From an uncultured archaeon (GTDB taxonomy: Archaea > Asgardarchaeota > Thorarchaeia > Thorarchaeales > Thorarchaeaceae), in the NCBI GenBank assembly GCA_964354495.1, contig CAYHAA010000006.1, forward strand, positions 30,001 through 62,000: a stretch of 32,000 nucleotides of DNA. The letters are read 5' to 3'. Of the stretch, positions 8,720-18,090 are shown piece by piece. Below the pieces are notes generated by a model. The model was given only the letters and a program-made list of their open reading frames with translations, searched no databases and was not told the origin of the DNA. The number at the start of each line of letters is the position of its first letter. The stretch's first letter is position 1. The position numbers and the translations under genes are program-made.

Positions 8720-8902
8720 ATGATGTAATCACCCAAGCATGTAATGATCGGCTAGTCTACAGAACTCTTTTTACATATCACAACGAAGATGGCTGTTGCT
8801 AGAATGTTCTATTAGTATATACTACTACACTCTATTTAAGACCTCTTCTTGGGAATCAGTCGATTTGATTATGATATCGGTGTTCAGTGCGTTTCGCGCT
8901 AC

Positions 8903-9505
8903 TTACGCAGTGGTATCTCGACGTGATTTCTGAGAAACTTTCCGCTTGACAACAACTCTGTCACCAAGTGTCGGTCCAGCCTCAGTCTTAGCTGTACTTG
9001 TCTTGATTGGGACTGTTCCAAGTGGTTCTAGTAGTGAGATATCTAGTTCCCGTTCCAGACCTCTGATTGTCTTTTCGGTGGGCTTTTGACGTCCAGCCTC
9101 AATCGCCTTCAGTGTCGATATGCTCTCTCCCACCCTCTGCGCCAACTCATCCTGGCTTATTCCCTTCTTTTGACGAGCTGCCAGAATTGTCTTTGCGTAG
9201 TCTTCAATCAATTCCATATCTTCAAGGCGTACTCCTATCGATGGGCTCTTCGGTTTCGGCCTAGGTTTTATTGTGGATATGGATTGTGGGAGTGATGATG
9301 GCAGCGGTGATGAGTGTCGGCCTGGATCCTCAAGCCAAGATGATTGTTGTTTCGGTAGTGAAGAAACACGTTGAGTGGAAGACTCGCTGGATTGCTGCCC
9401 GAACCTAGCTGCACATTGAGGGCACAGAAGCATTGATGCACCTTCAATCACTACGTTTCTACCTTGGCCCTTCATTCCTCGGCCACATAATTCACAACTT
9501 GGCAC
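8903..9505 (-). CDS. mbf1: Archaeal multiprotein bridging factor 1 (Zn-ribbon plus HTH); likely GTG start at 9505
   Basis: N-terminal CELCG...LCPQC, then ELIEDYAKTILAARQKKGISQDELA HTH and GPTLGD. Adjacent to pan, a common archaeal pairing. Confidence 0.93.
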   Translation of the reverse strand: MPSCELCGRGMKGQGRNVVIEGASMLLCPQCAARFGQQSSESSTQRVSSLPKQQSSWLEDPGRHSSPLPSSLPQSISTIKPRPKPKSPSIGVRLEDMELIEDYAKTILAARQKKGISQDELAQRVGESISTLKAIEAGRQKPTEKTIRGLERELDISLLEPLGTVPIKTSTAKTEAGPTLGDRVVVKRKVSQKSRRDTTA

Positions 9506-9624
9506 TTCGGATTCCCTCGCATATAGGTGTTCTTCAATTGAGGTGATAAAGATTATCGATAGTACAAACTCAACATTCCTAGAATCAAAAGGACTCCCCC
9601 AAAGCAAGCCTTAAAGCCTCATCA

Positions 9625-10854
9625 GTGGATGACGTCCTGAGGTACCACTTCTTGCCAGAAACTACTGACGCCAATGATGAAGTTAGTGTTGATGATTCGG
9701 CTTATTCACAGAGTTATACAAGACACTTGGAAAGACGCCTTCGTGCCTTGGAAACCGAGAAACAAATCTTGCAGGCAGAGCGTAGTCGACTAGAGAAAGA
9801 AACTCAGACACTTAGAACTGAACTTGAAAAGCTTAGACAGTCCCCGCTCATTACCGCATCAATTGTTGATCTCCTTGAGGATGGGCGAGCTATTGTGAAG
9901 AGCTCAACTGGACCCAACTTCGTTGTGCATGTGGCATCTTCAATTCCGGCAGAGAAGCTGCAGCCAGGTGCAATGGTAGCGCTCAATCAGAGATCCTTTG
10001 CAATCACTGAAGAACTGCCACCGTCACGAGACCCGATCATTCAGGCAATGGAGATAGAAGAGGCACCCGATGTTTCATATACGGATATTGGCGGTCTCAG
10101 GGAGCAGCTTCAAGAAATTAGAGAAACCGTCGAGCTCCCATTACTCGAACCTGAGTTGTTCAAAAAAGTTGGTATTGAGCCACCAAGAGGAGTGCTATTG
10201 ACGGGTCTTCCTGGTACAGGTAAGACTCTGTGTGCTAGAGCTGTTGCGCATGAAACAAAAGCTACCTTCATTCGTGTTATCGGATCCGAATTGGTCCAGA
10301 AGTTCATTGGTGAAGGAGCACGACTCGTTCGTGAGATTTTCATGATGGCAAAAGAGAAAGCTCCTGCAATCATCTTCGTCGATGAACTCGACGCAGTAGG
10401 TTCTCATAGGCTTGATATTGCAACATCAGGAGATAGAGAAGTGCAGAGAACACTGATGCAACTTCTTAGTGAACTAGATGGATTCGAAGCAAGGGGGGAT
10501 GTTGCCGTTCTGGGAGCCACGAATAGACCTGATATCCTAGACCCAGCCCTCCTACGCCCGGGGCGATTTGATAGAATCATCGAGTTTCCACTGCCTGACG
10601 AAGGTAGTAGAAGTGAGATATTTAAGATTCATACCCGTGGTATGAATATTGAGGGTAATGTAGACTTTGATAGACTCTTGGCAGTAACAAAAGACAGAAC
10701 TGGAGCGGACATAAAGAGTATCTGCACCGAGGCAGGTATGTTTGCGATTCGAGAAAAGAGGACCTGTGTCACCCAAAAGGACTTCCAAATGGCAATCACA
10801 AAAATCCACGATCGTGGCGGAAGCAGTAATGCTCCAAGTAGTATGTACTGCTAG
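9625..10854 (+). CDS. pan: Proteasome-activating nucleotidase
   Basis: Coiled coil, OB domain ([11 protein letters not shown]), Walker A GLPGTGKT, Walker [30 protein letters not shown]-terminal HbYX motif (MYC). Confidence 0.97.
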   Translation: MDDVLRYHFLPETTDANDEVSVDDSAYSQSYTRHLERRLRALETEKQILQAERSRLEKETQTLRTELEKLRQSPLITASIVDLLEDGRAIVKSSTGPNFVVHVASSIPAEKLQPGAMVALNQRSFAITEELPPSRDPIIQAMEIEEAPDVSYTDIGGLREQLQEIRETVELPLLEPELFKKVGIEPPRGVLLTGLPGTGKTLCARAVAHETKATFIRVIGSELVQKFIGEGARLVREIFMMAKEKAPAIIFVDELDAVGSHRLDIATSGDREVQRTLMQLLSELDGFEARGDVAVLGATNRPDILDPALLRPGRFDRIIEFPLPDEGSRSEIFKIHTRGMNIEGNVDFDRLLAVTKDRTGADIKSICTEAGMFAIREKRTCVTQKDFQMAITKIHDRGGSSNAPSSMYC

Positions 10855-10885
10855 TCATTGACTCTAATGGCCATCGTGAGCTATA

Positions 10886-11713
10886 ATGAGATACAGAGAG
10901 TTTCTCAGATTTCGACTAAGGGATATTGTACCGGATGATGTAATCTTGCCTGCAGGATTTCATGTTGTAGGATATGTTGCCCTAGTTCGTCTAAATTCGG
11001 AACTCATGAAATATGCCTCTTCCCTGGGCGAGGCAACACTGGACTATGACCATCGGCTGAGATCAGTAGCCGTCCGAACAGGGCCCACAGAAGGTATCGA
11101 ACGCAAGCCGGCCTATACAGTAGTTGCTGGAAGTAATGATACCACCACAATACATACTGAGAACGGAGTCCATTTCAAACTCGATCCCATTCGTGTGACT
11201 TTTTCAGGTGGTAACAAAGGAGAACGAATTGGCATGTCAAGGCGTGTCGAGGCAGGAGAGTGCGTTGTTGACATGTTCTCGTGCGTTGGCCAGTTCGCTC
11301 TCCATATTGCAAAAAGAAACGAAGTTGACGTCATTGCTATAGAAATCAACCCTGAGGCGTACGGATTTCTTGTTGAGAACATCAAGATGAATGAATTGGA
11401 GCACAAGGTTTCTGCTGTACTGGGAAACTGTCGAGTGCTGCACCCAACTCATGTTGCCAATCGTATCATTATGGGATACTTGCATAATACAGAAGAGTTT
11501 CTGCCACACGCTCTTGATACATTAGTAGAGAAGGGCGGAATTATTCACATGCACAAGGCTGCTTCAGAGAGGTCGTTACATGACTCTATTACAGGTATTA
11601 CAATGATATGCAGGGAGAGAGGGTTCGTATCCGATATAGAAGTGCGAAAGATCAAGAACTACTCACCAAGTGTTAGTCATCTGGTCTTCGACATCTCTGT
11701 CAGCCCGAAGTAG
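10886..11713 (+). CDS. taw2: Trm5/TYW2 family class I SAM-dependent tRNA-modifying enzyme, most like Taw2 (aminocarboxypropyltransferase)
   Basis: Motifs HTENGVHFKLD, FSGGNKGER, VVDMFSCVGQF, AIEINP, ANRIIMGY, GIIHMH; 275 aa without the Trm5 D1 domain. Confidence 0.78.
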   Translation: MRYREFLRFRLRDIVPDDVILPAGFHVVGYVALVRLNSELMKYASSLGEATLDYDHRLRSVAVRTGPTEGIERKPAYTVVAGSNDTTTIHTENGVHFKLDPIRVTFSGGNKGERIGMSRRVEAGECVVDMFSCVGQFALHIAKRNEVDVIAIEINPEAYGFLVENIKMNELEHKVSAVLGNCRVLHPTHVANRIIMGYLHNTEEFLPHALDTLVEKGGIIHMHKAASERSLHDSITGITMICRERGFVSDIEVRKIKNYSPSVSHLVFDISVSPK

Positions 11714-11814
11714 TCTGAAAAGCGTAATCATTTTATCTATGGACGTAGGGCAACACACATGTGGCGGTATGGTAACCAATCTTCCGCTACTCTGACCTTT
11801 CAGTAGGTGATCCT

Positions 11815-12210
11815 ATGGGATTTCGAGGTATGTCTCCAAAGCAAATGGAACGAATGATGAGAAAGATGGGCATCGAACAGAAGGACCTCGAAGGCGTCAA
11901 GGAAGTGCTAATTCGTTTTGCAGATAAAGAGTGGGTGATTTCCAGCCCTCAAGTATCAATGATTAAACAAGCCAATGCAGAAACTTTTCAAATTGCAGGA
12001 TCGAAAAAAGAACGCGCTCTTTCAGAAGGAAATACTACTGGAGCAGCAATCGCAGCTGAGAAGACTGCACCGAAGAAAAAGATTGAAATTCCTATTGAAG
12101 ATGCCGCACTTGTTGCCGGACAGACAGGTGTTGATATCGAAACTGCAAGACAGACACTGATAGAAACTGAGGGTGACTTGGCAGCTGCAATTCTAAAACT
12201 TCGTCATTGA
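11815..12210 (+). CDS. nac: Nascent polypeptide-associated complex protein
   Basis: Motifs MSPKQMERMMRKMGI and VKEVLI; C-terminal UBA-like segment EDAALVAGQTGV...GDLAAAIL; SD AGGTGA. Confidence 0.95.
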   Translation: MGFRGMSPKQMERMMRKMGIEQKDLEGVKEVLIRFADKEWVISSPQVSMIKQANAETFQIAGSKKERALSEGNTTGAAIAAEKTAPKKKIEIPIEDAALVAGQTGVDIETARQTLIETEGDLAAAILKLRH

Positions 12211-12242
12211 AAGAGAGATATTGTAATAATAGTAATACAATA

Positions 12243-12884
12243 TCATTTCGATTCTTCTTCAGCAGTAATCCAATCTCGGACCATCTTAAGGCGTACGAAG
12301 TCCTCTCGTTCCCGCTCTTCAAGTGCAAGTTTCACAAAGCGGACTGTTGCGTCAAGTCTTGGAATGACAACAGTTTCGAGTGCGGACACACGTCTTTTTG
12401 TTCTTTCAATCTCAAGTGCTAATCGCTTTACTGTTGATTCAATCTCGGCAAGACGGACTATTGCTTTGAGAGCGTCTTTGAATTTTTCACCCATGACATC
12501 GAATTTTGCACTGGAGTCTGATAGTGAATAGGGAATCTCAGGACTACGTTGTTCGACAGAGAGCACTGGAACTCTGACACCCATCATCGATCTTGTGGAT
12601 ATATTGAGATTAGCTTCAAACTTGCTAGCATAGGCAAACTCTATCACTCTACTCGGACCCATAATCATCTTTGCTTGTGTCAGGGCCGAGAAAGCATCAG
12701 ATAGAGTCGAGTCCACTTTCTCTCTGGCTTCCTTGATTTCCGCTATGGCGTTGAAGAACTCCATGATTAAAGAGTCACGTTTTTCGCGAAGGAGATCATG
12801 ACCTCGTTGAGCGAGTCTCATTCGATTCTTAAGAGCTAGAAGCTCCATGCGAGTGGTCTTTGTACCTGGGAGAATCGCGCTCAT
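12243..12884 (-). CDS. atpD: A/V-type ATP synthase subunit D (stand-alone)
   Basis: Motifs TRMELLALK, RGHDLLREKRDSL, MMGVRVP, EIERTKRRVSALETVVIP. Confidence 0.96.
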   Translation of the reverse strand: MSAILPGTKTTRMELLALKNRMRLAQRGHDLLREKRDSLIMEFFNAIAEIKEAREKVDSTLSDAFSALTQAKMIMGPSRVIEFAYASKFEANLNISTRSMMGVRVPVLSVEQRSPEIPYSLSDSSAKFDVMGEKFKDALKAIVRLAEIESTVKRLALEIERTKRRVSALETVVIPRLDATVRFVKLALEEREREDFVRLKMVRDWITAEEESK

Positions 12885-12917
12885 CTATTTCACTCCGAGG
12901 TGATAATCGAATGATTC

Positions 12918-13196
12918 CTAGTAGAATGTGAATGCAAGGGCACTAACGATAATTCCGACAGTACAGATTATGAGCCAATCTCTTAGGTATTTCTGTACTA
13001 GCTTGGGTTTGTCGTCGATTTGCCCCGTGGTAATGAAGGTCACGATAGAAATGAACATGAACGCAAATGGAAGAGGCGCCGTCGCGTTGCTCAAACTGAC
13101 GTCAGTGATCATGATGATTACCATAAGACCTCCGAAGATCAGGGTTGATATTATCATCAGAGAATTCATGATATGTTTGATTCGTTCAACGTCCAT
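12918..13196 (-). CDS. Small membrane protein (about 3 TM segments), unknown function
   Basis: Three hydrophobic stretches. Start chosen at the ATG of MDVERIKH; the ORF track extends to 13238. Confidence 0.7.
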   Translation of the reverse strand: MDVERIKHIMNSLMIISTLIFGGLMVIIMITDVSLSNATAPLPFAFMFISIVTFITTGQIDDKPKLVQKYLRDWLIICTVGIIVSALAFTFY

Positions 13197-13335
13197 CTCA
13201 GATTGACAGCTCCTAACGAGGATTAATGACCAAAACACTGGTCACATTACAGGCCAATTCGTTCTATTCAAAAAGCTTGTGTATCGCTTTTAGTGTTTGA
13301 CACCAAGAGAGAGTTCTGAATGTTTTACCACACGC

Positions 13336-13342
13336 TTTATAT
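13336..13342 (+). promoter_or_regulatory. Candidate TATA box (TTTATAT) for the ATPase-RHH operon
   Basis: Matches the archaeal TATA consensus and lies 77 nt before the ATG at 13419. Confidence 0.45.
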
Positions 13343-13418
13343 CATTGAACAGCTTTGGAAAATTGTATTACATGAACTACTTGTGATACGAACGCTCCAA
13401 ATAGTAGAGGTTCACACA

Positions 13419-14399
13419 ATGACAATTGCCATTCATGAGAGCGCGCTGATTCGGCACTTCAATACCCGCAAGGAGGTCCTACGAGCATGGGAAGAGAGAA
13501 TTGGAGCAAGGTTCTCACCGTTTCGCGGCTTCAAGATGCCTGACAGTCGTCTCTACATAGAAGATAACAACTTCCTGGATTCTATTGTCGATTTGATTAT
13601 CACAAACGAGAGGCATGTTTTCATTAGGGGTCCAGTAGGATCAGGCAAGAGCACGTTGATGCTTCTGGCATTGAGAGACCTACCCACATTAGCAGACCGT
13701 AAAGGCAACAGGTTTGTCACTGGGTATGTAGGCATGACGGGGCTATATGAGAAACAAATGGCTGCTGCGATTGCTGATTCTCTTCGGGTGAAGTACAAAC
13801 GATCTTGGGAGTCTAGCCAAATAGTTGATGCTGTTGGTAAAGAGAGTCTGAGAAGGTACATCGAGGAGAATAGTCGTACAGCTCTCTTCATAGAAGACGT
13901 TGCAGATAATCAGGAGGCCGCATTTCATAAGCTTCGGTTCCTTGCAGACCTGCCTACTCAAGAGATGGTTGAGGCCTATGGAGAAACAAGAACTCTTGAT
14001 GAGCCAATTGTCACCTTGGTCATGTCTGGGACAATGATATACTGGAATGCAATGCTTTCGTTTCTGCCACAGATTGCAGATCGAACGGAGCCTCTAGACG
14101 TACCTCCACTTAATAATGCAAAAGCGAGGGAATTCATTGGACGCAGAATCGCTTATGCACAGGGGCACATTGATAGTTTCGATCCAGATAATTATGAAAT
14201 TCACCCATTTAGTGACGACGCGATTAACGTCATCAATACTGCGGCAAAAGGAAATCCACGCGATATTAGGATGTTAGCAAGAGGATGTCAGCAAGTAGCT
14301 GCTGAGAATCTTCGTAAGAACAACGATCCAACAGTCAACAAGGAAATTGCAGAGCTTGTCTCTGAAGCTTATGCAACCATTCTCAAGGAGGTTCAATGA
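13419..14399 (+). CDS. ExeA/GspA-type AAA+ ATPase (COG3267-like)
   Basis: Walker A GPVGSGKST, Walker B-like ALFIEDVAD, LRFLAD, LVMSGT, QIADR, LDVPPLN..AREFIGRRI, lid FSDDAINVI..AAKGNPRDI. Start at 13419 preferred over 13320. Confidence 0.8.
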   Translation: MTIAIHESALIRHFNTRKEVLRAWEERIGARFSPFRGFKMPDSRLYIEDNNFLDSIVDLIITNERHVFIRGPVGSGKSTLMLLALRDLPTLADRKGNRFVTGYVGMTGLYEKQMAAAIADSLRVKYKRSWESSQIVDAVGKESLRRYIEENSRTALFIEDVADNQEAAFHKLRFLADLPTQEMVEAYGETRTLDEPIVTLVMSGTMIYWNAMLSFLPQIADRTEPLDVPPLNNAKAREFIGRRIAYAQGHIDSFDPDNYEIHPFSDDAINVINTAAKGNPRDIRMLARGCQQVAAENLRKNNDPTVNKEIAELVSEAYATILKEVQ

Positions 14400-14400
14400 T

Positions 14401-14709
14401 ATGAGTCTACTCGGAAAGTATAGACGTGAAGAGGCTGAGAAAGACGAAGAAGGTCAGACCACAAAACCTGTTCCACAGAAACCACTTAGCACTCCAGTGA
14501 AGAGTGCTGAGATTATCTCTGCTGTCCCTAACAGAGATCGTAGGAGCCCAATTGTATCTTTCTCAATTCCAACTGATCTTCGAGCTTGCCTGAAAGTTAT
14601 CCGGAAAACGAAGGCAATCAATCTCAGTATGTGGGTAGAGCAGCAACTTCGTGAAGCTATTATGCATCAGTTCCCTGAGATAGCCAAGAAGTATCTTGAA
14701 CAGCGTTAG
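14401..14709 (+). CDS. Small protein with a disordered N-terminal tail and a predicted C-terminal ribbon-helix-helix DNA-binding domain
   Basis: Strong SD AAGGAGGT (14385-14392); ATG is 1 nt after the ATPase stop. P/K/E/S-rich tail, then IVSFSIP (strand), TDLRACLKVIRKTK (helix), LSMWVEQQLREAI (helix). Confidence 0.7.
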   Translation: MSLLGKYRREEAEKDEEGQTTKPVPQKPLSTPVKSAEIISAVPNRDRRSPIVSFSIPTDLRACLKVIRKTKAINLSMWVEQQLREAIMHQFPEIAKKYLEQR

Positions 14710-14885
14710 AGTGGGAAATCGTAATATTAGTATTACAAGAAATGCTAAGGGAATGTAATAGCTGTTGAGGACTTAGATGAACCTGGGCGTCTTGTTGTAC
14801 AAGAATACATACTGCGACTCAGTACAGACAGATGATGATACCCTAACACATGTCTGGCCCTACGGAATCGGCCCGCAATGAACAG

Positions 14886-16280
14886 TCATTTCAGATGATG
14901 ATGATACTTGGCATAGTCAGCAACTCTGGCCATACAGAGCACTGCAAGAGCAGGATCATCGAAACACGGGATTCTATTCATCTCGAGTAAGTCCTTTCCG
15001 GGTTTTCCCACATCTCCAGCTAGCCAGACTCCAACAACCGGTTTCTCCTTTGTGGACATATGTACAGCTTCGAGAGTTCCAGCGGCGTGCTCTGTCTGTG
15101 TCATTCCCGCAAATGTCGGTACTCCGCAGATAACAAGTAACATGTCTACATTTGAATCTTTTAGAAGAAGCTCGGTGGCAAATCGGTATTCTCTCCTTCC
15201 ACCACTAGCAACAACATCTACTGGATTGTCTGAGAATGCCATAGACGGAAGAAGCTGCCGAAGCTCCTGTCGTGTTTCTTCCTCAAGTGTCGCGATTGGC
15301 AAGCCGAATTCCGATGCTGCATCGGTTGCTAAGACTCCAGCTCCTCCTGTATTACTAATAATACCTATATTACAACCGTTCGGCAATGGCTGATAGTCAA
15401 AGAGCTTGCAGATTTCAAACAGTGTATCTAGTGTAGGAGCTGTTACACATCCTGCCTGGCGAATCATTCCTTCAAATACTCTTGTTGAACCTGCGAGCGA
15501 TCCTGTGTGTGATAATGCCGCGCGACTGCCAGCCTCACTCTTACCACCCTTTAGTATGACAACAGGCTTTTCGTGCGCAGCTCTCTGCAGTGACTCGAAG
15601 ATCTCTCTTCCTCTAGTTACTCCTTCAATATATGCAGCGATTACGGTCGATTTGGAATCCTGTCGGAAGTAATCTAAGATTTCAACAAATCCTATATCAG
15701 CCGCGTTGCCAATGCTTGCAAACTTACTCATTCCAATTCTCTTCGCCTTAGTAGTATACATACTCAAGCCTCCAAGAGCTCCACTCTGGGACACGAAGGC
15801 AATGTTACCCCGCTCGGGCATCACTGTGAAGGTTCCATTGAATAGGTCAGTGTTGGAAATGCCAACGCAGTTCGGCCCTATGATCCGTACGCCTGCATCT
15901 CTAGCAGCTCTAATCATAGCATTCTCTATCTCTGCACCCTTAGGTCCGCTCTCACTAAAACCACCAGAGATAATCACTGCATTCCTGGCTCCAGCATTAT
16001 GTATCTCCAGCATCAGAGATGGACAATATTTTGCTGCCACTGCCACAATGACAAGGTCAACTGGTTGTGGTATGTCCGCGAGACTCGGATACGCCTTCAC
16101 ACCTAACACTTGTTCTTTACCATGAGTTATAGGAAATACACTGATCTCAGAGGACAAGAGATTCATCAAAATGGAGTTGCCTAGCTTCCTGTGATTAGAA
16201 GATGCACCCACCAGTGCAACGCTTTTTGGATTGAAGAATGGGTCGATACGTTCGAATAGTTCGACCTGCGAACTCAGCAT
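14886..16280 (-). CDS. acdA: ADP-forming acyl-CoA synthetase (acetate-CoA ligase) alpha subunit
   Basis: Motifs FNPKSVALVGAS, IISGGFSE, IIGPNCVG, FVSQSGALG, SIGNAADI, KGGKSEAGSRAALSHTGSLAG, SNTGGAGVLATD, DNPVDV. Confidence 0.93.
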   Translation of the reverse strand: MLSSQVELFERIDPFFNPKSVALVGASSNHRKLGNSILMNLLSSEISVFPITHGKEQVLGVKAYPSLADIPQPVDLVIVAVAAKYCPSLMLEIHNAGARNAVIISGGFSESGPKGAEIENAMIRAARDAGVRIIGPNCVGISNTDLFNGTFTVMPERGNIAFVSQSGALGGLSMYTTKAKRIGMSKFASIGNAADIGFVEILDYFRQDSKSTVIAAYIEGVTRGREIFESLQRAAHEKPVVILKGGKSEAGSRAALSHTGSLAGSTRVFEGMIRQAGCVTAPTLDTLFEICKLFDYQPLPNGCNIGIISNTGGAGVLATDAASEFGLPIATLEEETRQELRQLLPSMAFSDNPVDVVASGGRREYRFATELLLKDSNVDMLLVICGVPTFAGMTQTEHAAGTLEAVHMSTKEKPVVGVWLAGDVGKPGKDLLEMNRIPCFDDPALAVLCMARVADYAKYHHHLK

Positions 16281-16341
16281 ACCATGAGGCGAGAGAAGAA
16301 TTCGTTTTATGTCTGTCGTGTTGCCCTAAATACATGTAATA

Positions 16342-17583
16342 TTAGTAATACAACTGCTCGTTCTTCTTTAACTCTGTCAAAAGACGTTTCAATCGTCCTT
16401 TGTGTTCACAAGTTGATGCTTCAAGAGCGTCTGCAACTATTGATCTGGTTTCAGGGCACTTCTTTCCAACGCTCAGAATTGCATTCATTGTTGTCTTGAC
16501 TGTTTCCCGCTTCTTACTCTTGCAGAGTAGTTCTATCAGAACACATGCTGTTGATTCGTGGTATAGATTACCGAGCGCAGTAATAGCTATAGTTGCTATT
16601 CGATCGTCTTTTAGAAACGCAAGCCCTTCAAGTAACTGAAGTGACTCTATCGTACGAACTCTGACATGCATGTGAATCAGATTGATTGTGCGTCTGTAGT
16701 TTTCGCTTGATGGGTCCTTGGTATAGATATCGAGTGCGTCCTGAAGCATGAACCTCAATGTAGCAAATGAATGTCTGCTTGAGAGGATGCATAGTCCATC
16801 ACTGTCCTGTCGAATGATATAGTCGTGCAAATCACGATATGCCACGTTGGAGGGATGGGGCGCTTGTTTCTGTATTGCCGCATATTGATCAACGTCGCTG
16901 ATAGCAATTGGAAATTGTATTACAGTTAATAGCTCTTCTAGCTTATCCGAGTCAATGGTGTATCCCTTGATTCCATACTCTGATAGAATCTGGCGGCTGG
17001 TTTCGCAGTACCAAAGTGGGACAATGTTGACTTCACTATGCTTCCTCTCCAAGGTCAATCCTTGAACTGCCTCTCGATTTATGTACTCAAGCAGTTGAGA
17101 AAGATCTTCTGGGATTTGAACATCAAAGTCATTTGAACTGAAGAAGAGGGTATCACCTGCTTCGATTTGCTCTCTAGCGACCGACTCGATATATTCACGT
17201 AATGAGAGAGAGGCTTCTATTAGGGACGGTTCCTTCTTCATCCGAATAAGAAGTCCGTCGGTATTTGTGTTGATGGGTTCAAGCCCTCGGCATCCCAGTA
17301 GAGAGAATAACATCTCTCTGTACTTCAGGTCTTCGACCTTGGTCTTGTCCACTCCTGCACCTACAGGAAGAGAGTAGCTGAACTCTTGAGCCCTCATGAA
17401 AAATTCCAAAGCGTCCGGCCATCCTCTATCTTGCTCGATGTGAGAGAGCAGATCAAGCAGGTCGCGGTCTCTTCGCTCACCGACAGCATCAGCTAGCAAT
17501 TGCACAATGTGCTGTTCTTCCGACTGCTTAGCACGTTCTTTGGCGGCCTTCAGGATTGCCGCACGGTTATCATCATCTGCCAA
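16342..17583 (-). CDS. Hypothetical helical protein with C-terminal HEAT/ARM-like repeats (TTG start)
   Basis: 413-aa ORF. C-terminal helices DDRIATIAITALGNL, TACVLIELL, ETVKTTMNAILSVG resemble HEAT repeats. Confidence 0.75.
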   Translation of the reverse strand: MADDDNRAAILKAAKERAKQSEEQHIVQLLADAVGERRDRDLLDLLSHIEQDRGWPDALEFFMRAQEFSYSLPVGAGVDKTKVEDLKYREMLFSLLGCRGLEPINTNTDGLLIRMKKEPSLIEASLSLREYIESVAREQIEAGDTLFFSSNDFDVQIPEDLSQLLEYINREAVQGLTLERKHSEVNIVPLWYCETSRQILSEYGIKGYTIDSDKLEELLTVIQFPIAISDVDQYAAIQKQAPHPSNVAYRDLHDYIIRQDSDGLCILSSRHSFATLRFMLQDALDIYTKDPSSENYRRTINLIHMHVRVRTIESLQLLEGLAFLKDDRIATIAITALGNLYHESTACVLIELLCKSKKRETVKTTMNAILSVGKKCPETRSIVADALEASTCEHKGRLKRLLTELKKNEQLYY

Positions 17584-18090
17584 AGAGGAACCTCATGGAC
17601 GCTATGTAGTGGATATATGCGAGTCATTTGTTTCTCTCTTGCTATAAGTCTAGGTGTGCTGTTCTGTAACATGCTCTGTATTTGTTGTATTACAAGTATT
17701 AGTCTGCCATTGAACGGTGATGGAGGTGACCTGCGGTGCGTCATGTGAACCAACTTCATTTGGATACTCCCGTTCTAAGAGTAGAACTATGTAGTAATTG
17801 TGACAGGTCTAGTATGAGTGTGTCGTGACAATGGAAGATACGCTGGTGTCATTGGATCACAATCTCTCTGACATCTCAGGCACTTTCAGTGTCATCTCTA
17901 TCTCCTCAAGAACTTCCAGGATGACTCAATTGTAGCTTGAATGCACTGTGTTAGACTGTGATTTCGCACATCGGTCGTGCTTCTGTGTGCGACACGCTCG
18001 AGCCATTTCTTTTTCGTACTGGGTCTATGAAGAGTCTATCTTAGTGTGATAAGTGTGCAATGTGTCTGATACAGAATCCGGTCCAATAGA

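Noticed and set aside
10198-10227. PAN Walker A reads GLPGTGKT rather than GPPGTGKT
   Set aside because: The variable position is non-catalytic and all other AAA+ motifs are intact.
17857-18006. Minus-strand 49-codon frame with one in-frame TGA (17926-17928): MARACRTQKHDRCAKSQSNTVHSSYN*VILEVLEEIEMTLKVPEMSERL, a possible selenoprotein
   Set aside because: It is short, resembles no known selenoprotein, has no CxxU-type context, and I found no recognisable SECIS. Chance is a sufficient explanation.
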